Positions 58,924 to 64,000 of a DNA stretch of 64,000 nt are shown here, one piece after another. The stretch lies in the sequence record MK799832.1. One strand, written 5' to 3'. The notes under the pieces are model-generated. The model worked only from the letters and a program-made list of their open reading frames with translations, ran no database searches and was not told the origin of the DNA. The stretch's first letter is position 1; each line of letters begins with the position of its first letter. The position numbers and the translations under genes were made by a program.

Positions 58924-59175
58924 TTGGCAACGTATCCAGTAAGAAATAAGAAGACTGGTGAAGAGAAAGAGATCCAGATGAGTATTCATGCATGGGATCA
59001 ATGGCGTGAGGACAATCCCGACTGGGAACGTTTTTATACCCCCGACAACGCTCCTTGTTTGGGTGTTGAAATGGGTGATCCATTTAATAAGATCTACACC
59101 AAACATCCAGGTTGGAAAGATGTAATTGGCGCAGCCAAGAAACAACCAGGTTCAACACTCAAACACTACGATTAA
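58924..59175 (+). CDS. Conserved T4-like small protein upstream of phoH (TTG start)
   Basis: MATYPVRNKKTGEEKE...PGWKDV...PGS. Confidence 0.65.
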   Translation: MATYPVRNKKTGEEKEIQMSIHAWDQWREDNPDWERFYTPDNAPCLGVEMGDPFNKIYTKHPGWKDVIGAAKKQPGSTLKHYD

Positions 59176-59179
59176 TTTT

Positions 59180-59944
59180 ATGCCGGCAAAGAAAAAGACA
59201 GGTGTCGGAACTACTAACCCAGTTCCATTTGGTATGAGCAATAGGGTAATGAAGAGAAAGAAACCAATCAATCTTGACTATATCAAGAAGGTAGAACCAA
59301 TCACAGAGAACCAAGAAGTTTTCTTTGAGAAGTATAAGGAACAACAGAACTTAGTTGCCTACGGGTGTGCTGGTACAGGTAAGACCTTTATCACCCTCTA
59401 CAACGCCCTTCTGGATGTCTTAGACCCCAAGTCACCCTACGAGAAGATCTACATCGTCAGGTCTCTTGTACCGACCAGAGAGATTGGTTTCCTTCCTGGT
59501 GACCATGAGGACAAGTCTTCTTTGTATCAGATTCCATACAAGAACATGGTCAAGTACATGTTCGAGATGCCTGATGATGCATCCTTTGAGATGTTGTATA
59601 ACAATCTTAAGGCACAGGGAACTATTTCTTTCTGGTCCACATCATTCATTCGTGGTACCACATTGGATAATGTGATTGTGATTGTTGATGAGTTCCAGAA
59701 CCTGAACTTCCATGAACTTGATTCAATGATCACTCGTATCGGTGAGAATTCTAAGATCATGTTCTGTGGTGATGCAACTCAGTCCGATTTGACCAAACAG
59801 AATGAGAGGAATGGTATCGCAGACTTCATGCGTATCTTGACTAATATGCCATCCTTTGATACAATTGAATTCAATGCAGAAGATATCTGTAGAAGTGGTC
59901 TTGTTAAAGAGTACATCATTGCTAAACTTGAACTCGGTATGTAA
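59180..59944 (+). CDS. phoH: PhoH-family ATPase
   Basis: GCAGTGKTF, IGFLPG, FIRGTT, IVDEFQN, CGDATQSD, RSGLV. Confidence 0.95.
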   Translation: MPAKKKTGVGTTNPVPFGMSNRVMKRKKPINLDYIKKVEPITENQEVFFEKYKEQQNLVAYGCAGTGKTFITLYNALLDVLDPKSPYEKIYIVRSLVPTREIGFLPGDHEDKSSLYQIPYKNMVKYMFEMPDDASFEMLYNNLKAQGTISFWSTSFIRGTTLDNVIVIVDEFQNLNFHELDSMITRIGENSKIMFCGDATQSDLTKQNERNGIADFMRILTNMPSFDTIEFNAEDICRSGLVKEYIIAKLELGM

Positions 59945-60609
59945 TGTTTAATCACATTGAAATTGATTATCCAACTCTCGATAGAGAGATGATTGACGGT
60001 GTAAGGTATTATGATACTCCAGATGGACAAAAATTAGTTTCCATCACATCGATTATTAGTCACTACAATCGAGAAATCTTCACTAAGTGGAGAAAGAGGG
60101 TTGGTGTTGAAGAAGCAAACAAGATCACAAAGGCAGCAACCAGTCGTGGTACTGACATGCACACACTGGTTGAAAACTATATGTTGAATAAGGAACTTCC
60201 GACAGTGCAACCATTGTCAGAGTTCCTTTTTAAACAAGCCAAACCTGATCTAGACAAAATTGACAACATTCATGCAATCGAACAGGCTCTTTATAGTAAA
60301 GAGTTAGGTGTTGCAGGAACAGTCGATTGTATTGCTGAGTATGATGGAGAACTTGCTGTCATTGACTTCAAGACAAGTAAGAAACCAAAACCAGAAAAGT
60401 GGATCGAACATTATTATGTACAGTGTGCAGCCTATGCATGTATGCTATACGAAATGACTGGTATTATGGTCAAAAAATTTGTCATCATTATGTCTTGTGA
60501 AAATGGAGAAGTTGAAGTCTATGAACAGTATGATAAGAGAAAGTACATCAACCTTCTCGCAGAATATATTAGCGAGTTTGTTGAATTCAAACTACAGCAA
60601 CATGCCTAA
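59944..60609 (+). CDS. PD-(D/E)XK exonuclease
   Basis: RGTDMH, E...AGTVDCI...IDFKTS, QCAAYA. Confidence 0.85.
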   Translation: MFNHIEIDYPTLDREMIDGVRYYDTPDGQKLVSITSIISHYNREIFTKWRKRVGVEEANKITKAATSRGTDMHTLVENYMLNKELPTVQPLSEFLFKQAKPDLDKIDNIHAIEQALYSKELGVAGTVDCIAEYDGELAVIDFKTSKKPKPEKWIEHYYVQCAAYACMLYEMTGIMVKKFVIIMSCENGEVEVYEQYDKRKYINLLAEYISEFVEFKLQQHA

Positions 60610-60871
60610 ATCTGAAGAACTCAGTGTTGATCAACTCATCGAAAAGAAGTTCTATAATAGTAGAACTTTCTCGGAGGAGATTGAGAAGATTGCAAAAGAG
60701 AACAAGGACATGAAGTACATGGACTCAATTGTTTTCTTTTGTGAGAGTAATAATATTGACATTGAGTCTATTCCTAAGTTAATATCCAAACCTTTGAAGG
60801 AAAAACTTAAGGCTGAGGCTATGGAACTCAACCTATTGAAACGTACATCTCATGCGAAACTACCTTTATGA
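60602..60871 (+). CDS. gp33: Late-promoter transcription co-activator gp33
   Basis: YMDSIVFFCE...IPKLISKPLKEKLKAEAMELNLL; synteny with gp59 and gp32. Confidence 0.85.
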   Translation: MPKSEELSVDQLIEKKFYNSRTFSEEIEKIAKENKDMKYMDSIVFFCESNNIDIESIPKLISKPLKEKLKAEAMELNLLKRTSHAKLPL

Positions 60872-61479
60872 TACCTAAAGTGACACCCTTCGACACTTAC
60901 AAGAGTTATCTTGGATTGAAAAATCACTTTACAAAAGAAAAATATGATTACCATCGTTATGGTGGTAAGTCTCGTGCATCATTAGAGTCCTTTTACAAAC
61001 GTAAAGACAGGTTCTTTTTTGAAAAATTGAGTCGGCAGAAAGATGATAGTGAAGTTATTGAATTCTTTGTCAGTAATTTTGTGTCTTGTGATGATCCTCA
61101 GTCTCTGTGGATTGGTGAGATCGTCAGGAACGGTGAACAGAACTACACCGATTGGAAAAAACGTCTTCAGTCTCTATCTTATACGTTCAAATCAGAAGTA
61201 GAGAATGTTTTTTCTGGTAAAAACTTTGATGAGATGTTCAAGATTGAGGGAACTCGTCACCCTCAACTCATCAAAGAACACCTTGGAAAGAACCTTTCCC
61301 TTGAGTCTTTAGTGATCTTAAATAAGATCCTAGGATTCAAAAAACAATTCGATAGTAAACTGAATGACCCTGTGTGGAAGTTCTTATCGATGAGAATTGA
61401 CAAGTATGATTCCTTTATACATATTGATGTATTCAAATTTAGATCTATCCTCAAGGAGGTTATAATCAATGGCACTTGA
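60868..61479 (+). CDS. gp59: Helicase loader gp59
   Basis: YLGLKNHFT.EKYDY..YGGK, RKDRFFFEKL, ESLVILNKIL. Confidence 0.9.
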   Translation: MIPKVTPFDTYKSYLGLKNHFTKEKYDYHRYGGKSRASLESFYKRKDRFFFEKLSRQKDDSEVIEFFVSNFVSCDDPQSLWIGEIVRNGEQNYTDWKKRLQSLSYTFKSEVENVFSGKNFDEMFKIEGTRHPQLIKEHLGKNLSLESLVILNKILGFKKQFDSKLNDPVWKFLSMRIDKYDSFIHIDVFKFRSILKEVIINGT

Positions 61480-61977
61480 TAATGCTACCGTGCTTGAAAA
61501 TCTGAGACAGCAAAAGGCTGAACTCGAAAAACAAATCGATGGTGGACGTGAAATGTATCTTAAGATCCTCGGTGCCATTGATGTTCTGGAACAGATCGAA
61601 GAGTCTAACAATCAAGAATTAGAAGCAGACGCACAAACACAATGAGTTTCTTTCAATCAGAAATAGTTCAAACGGAAATGAAAGAGATCTCCGAATTACA
61701 AGAGGAGATCTACAAGAACGTGTTTGCGTTCGCATCAATGACCAACAAAGATAAGTTAGAACACGTTGAAATGTTAGAGAGTCTGTTAAAGAAACAACAG
61801 GTTCTCTACACTCGTCTGAGCTTATCTGATGATCCCGAAGCTCAGATGATGAAGGAGAGTATCATGTCTTCTGCACGTCAACTCGGATTCCCTGCTGATG
61901 TGGACCTGACATACGTCTTCAGTAACATGACCAACATCATCGACAACATGAGAAAACACCTTGACGAAAGTCTCTGA
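61463..61977 (+). CDS. Two conserved small ORFs (61463-61644; DUF1825-like 61642-61977)
   Basis: MSFFQSEIVQ...LYTRLSLSDDPEA. Confidence 0.65.
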
Positions 61978-62082
61978 CGAACTGTATAGACCTGGGATGT
62001 CTCTAAACTCATCTGAGAGGGACTGAGAGAGGTATAGGTAAAGTCTGGGGAGACAGTATCCATAAGTCTCTCCTGGTCCCTC

Positions 62083-62133
62083 TTGACAACTTCTCAAACC
62101 ATGTGTAGACTAGGTTTGTCCTGGAAGATAAGG
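62083..62133 (+). promoter_or_regulatory. Sigma70-type promoter with conserved downstream box, copy 3
   Basis: TTGACA-N17-TAGACT-AGGTTTGTCCTGGAAGATAAGG. Confidence 0.7.
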
Positions 62134-62273
62134 TTACTATAAAGATTACTAAAAGAAAAGTTACTTCGTAACTTTATCCCGTAGGGATAAACCATATAGA
62201 CAAATAGTAAAATCTAATCTATAATACATAGTATAAGTCTCCCCGACTTAGAAACCTATTATGGATTATTTTT

Positions 62274-62435
62274 ATGTCAAGAATTAAAGATTGTATCAGG
62301 TCTCTCGAAGAAGAGATAGAGACCTGTAACATGTTAGAATATCAACTTTATAGTTACTATCAAGAGATGAAAGAGAAGTATGGAGAGGTAGAAGACCTCC
62401 TGGACTTCTTTGTCCCCTTGATGGAGGAAGAGTGA
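62274..62435 (+). CDS. Small acidic ORF (53 aa), stop overlaps the HNH start
   Basis: MSRIKDCIRSLEEEIETC...; TGATG overlap. Confidence 0.5.
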   Translation: MSRIKDCIRSLEEEIETCNMLEYQLYSYYQEMKEKYGEVEDLLDFFVPLMEEE

Positions 62436-62935
62436 TGAATTACTTATCAATATACACAGTGACCCCTGAAGGTATCGTCATCAGAGACGATAACAAAGTT
62501 ATGACACAATATGACAGGGGTCAAGGTTACAAACATGTCTGTCTGAAATGTGATGATGGAAAGTTCAGGTGTTTTTATGTCCATAGACTTGTAGGAGAAA
62601 AGTATTGTCCTAATCCAGAGAACTATCCTGTGGTTCAACATATGGATGACGACCCCTCTAACAATCATTACACCAACCTGGTCTGGGGAACTCAATCAGA
62701 CAACATTAGAGGGGGTGTAGAGAGGGGGAGGGTCAATCCTCCTGATACAAGTAAAACTTACCACCTACAGTCTCCTGACGGTCAGTATGTGGTCGTTCAT
62801 AACCTCAAACAATTTTGTCTTGAGAATAATTTAGACCCAAGTGGTATGAGTAAAATGTATCGTGGTTCAGAGGGTAGAAACCAACACAAGGGGTGGAAGA
62901 AATACCCTAAATACACTGTTGACACCTCCCCGTAA
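62432..62935 (+). CDS. HNH homing endonuclease upstream of gp32
   Basis: YVHRLVG...VVQHMDDDPSNNHYTNLVWGTQSDN. Confidence 0.88.
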   Translation: MMNYLSIYTVTPEGIVIRDDNKVMTQYDRGQGYKHVCLKCDDGKFRCFYVHRLVGEKYCPNPENYPVVQHMDDDPSNNHYTNLVWGTQSDNIRGGVERGRVNPPDTSKTYHLQSPDGQYVVVHNLKQFCLENNLDPSGMSKMYRGSEGRNQHKGWKKYPKYTVDTSP

Positions 62936-63013
62936 AGGGGTTATATTATGGGGGACCCAGAACCCCCACCCAAATCTGGGACACAGACCAAATACAACTA
63001 ATACAAGGAACAA

Positions 63014-63976
63014 ATGTCAAATTTTTCAGACCTAAAGAAACAATCCTCTCTTGGTTCTCTGACACAGAAACTGGTCAAAGAAGTAGAGAAACAAAACGGT
63101 GGTGGCGGTAATGGTACCGATGACCGACTGTGGAAACCAGAGATGGACAAAAGTGGTAACGGATATGCTGTTATTCGTTTCCTTCCTGCTCCCGAAGGAG
63201 AAGATCTCCCTTGGGTGAAACTGTTCTCCCATGCCTTCCAAGGTCCTGGTGGTTGGTACATCGAAAACTCCCTGACTACCATTGGTGGTAAGGATCCTAT
63301 CGGTGAACTGAATCGTGAACTGTGGAACACGGGTAACGAATCGGATAAGGAAACCGTTCGCAAACAAAAGCGTAAACTTTCTTTCTACGCAAACATCTAC
63401 GTGGTCAAGGACCCTGCCAACCCTCAGAATGAAGGTAAGGTATTCCTGTATAAGTTTGGTAAGAAGATCTTCGACAAGATCATGGAAGCAATGCAACCTG
63501 AGTTCGAAGATGAAACTCCTATCAACCCCTTTGACTTCTGGCAAGGTGCCAACTTCAAACTCAAACTGAAGAAGGTTGCTGGTTACTGGAACTATGATAG
63601 TTCCGAGTTCGATCGTGTGTCTCCTCTCCTGGATGACGATGAAGCGATGGAAGCAATCTGGAAGAAGCAGTATTCACTCACTGCCTTCACTGCACCCGAT
63701 CAGTTCAAATCCTATGATGAACTGAAGAAGCGTCTTGATTATGTACTGGGCAACAAGTCCACCCGTCGATCAACCGTAGAGGAAGAAACTGAGTATGATA
63801 ACTACGCAGCAACAGAACGAAAGACTGTCTCTGAAGAGGAGGTCATGCGAAAGCTTGAAGACTCCTATCAATCTTCAAAGACAACTTCTGACTTCAACTC
63901 TCCTGATATTACTGTCAGTAAGGGAGACGATGACGACGACCCCATGTCTTACTTCAGTAAGCTTGCTGAGTCCTGA
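63014..63976 (+). CDS. gp32: Single-stranded DNA-binding protein gp32
   Basis: DDRLWK, NGYAVIRFLP, WYIEN, FGKKIFDKI, GANFKLK, acidic C-tail. Confidence 0.97.
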   Translation: MSNFSDLKKQSSLGSLTQKLVKEVEKQNGGGGNGTDDRLWKPEMDKSGNGYAVIRFLPAPEGEDLPWVKLFSHAFQGPGGWYIENSLTTIGGKDPIGELNRELWNTGNESDKETVRKQKRKLSFYANIYVVKDPANPQNEGKVFLYKFGKKIFDKIMEAMQPEFEDETPINPFDFWQGANFKLKLKKVAGYWNYDSSEFDRVSPLLDDDEAMEAIWKKQYSLTAFTAPDQFKSYDELKKRLDYVLGNKSTRRSTVEEETEYDNYAATERKTVSEEEVMRKLEDSYQSSKTTSDFNSPDITVSKGDDDDDPMSYFSKLAES

Positions 63977-64000
63977 TACCAAAATCGGCCTTTGATTTCA

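Noticed and set aside
59944-60609. Cas4 / CRISPR system
   Set aside because: Ordinary T4-like PD-(D/E)XK exonuclease in conserved phoH-gp33 synteny; no repeat-spacer array noticed in the window.
63032-63544. 170-aa minus-strand ORF opposite gp32, and similar antisense ORFs in the glycan and fibre clusters
   Set aside because: Antisense shadows of confidently assigned genes.

Overview
A 64-kb segment of a T4-like marine cyanomyophage (Kyanoviridae-type; probably a Synechococcus host, given psbA+psbD, talC, petE, phoH, thyX and 10 tRNAs). Left to right: (1) 1-17.27 kb, minus strand: a cluster of about 20 nucleotide-sugar/glycosyltransferase/methyltransferase genes with talC and an outer-membrane-protein-like gene; (2) 17.27-26.6 kb: tail-fibre/adhesin cassettes and chaperones, many behind their own late promoter; (3) 26.6-34.9 kb: small early-type ORFs, a ligase-fold protein, an SF2 helicase and homing-endonuclease-like genes; (4) the 3' part only of nrdB, a GIY-YIG nuclease, a lysozyme-like protein and a tRNA array containing unexplained structured RNA and a two-gene late island; (5) manA RNA, petE and small membrane ORFs; (6) psbA - endonuclease VII-type homing endonuclease - psbD; (7) frameshifted glutaredoxin, a glutamine-riboswitch-like RNA with an ORF nested inside it, thyX, phoH, exonuclease, gp33, gp59, HNH and gp32. 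Two abrupt junctions (~17270 and ~34915) each cut through two genes, so the window may be a rearranged genome or a chimeric assembly. The best candidates for undescribed biology are the fused glutamine-aptamer pair with a nested gene, the structured RNAs flanking tRNA-Arg, the synonymously shifted psbA 3' end next to the homing endonuclease, a gene-32-type pseudoknot ahead of a zinc-less gp32, and a three-copy promoter-proximal box. All family assignments come from motif recognition by eye; no database searches were run.
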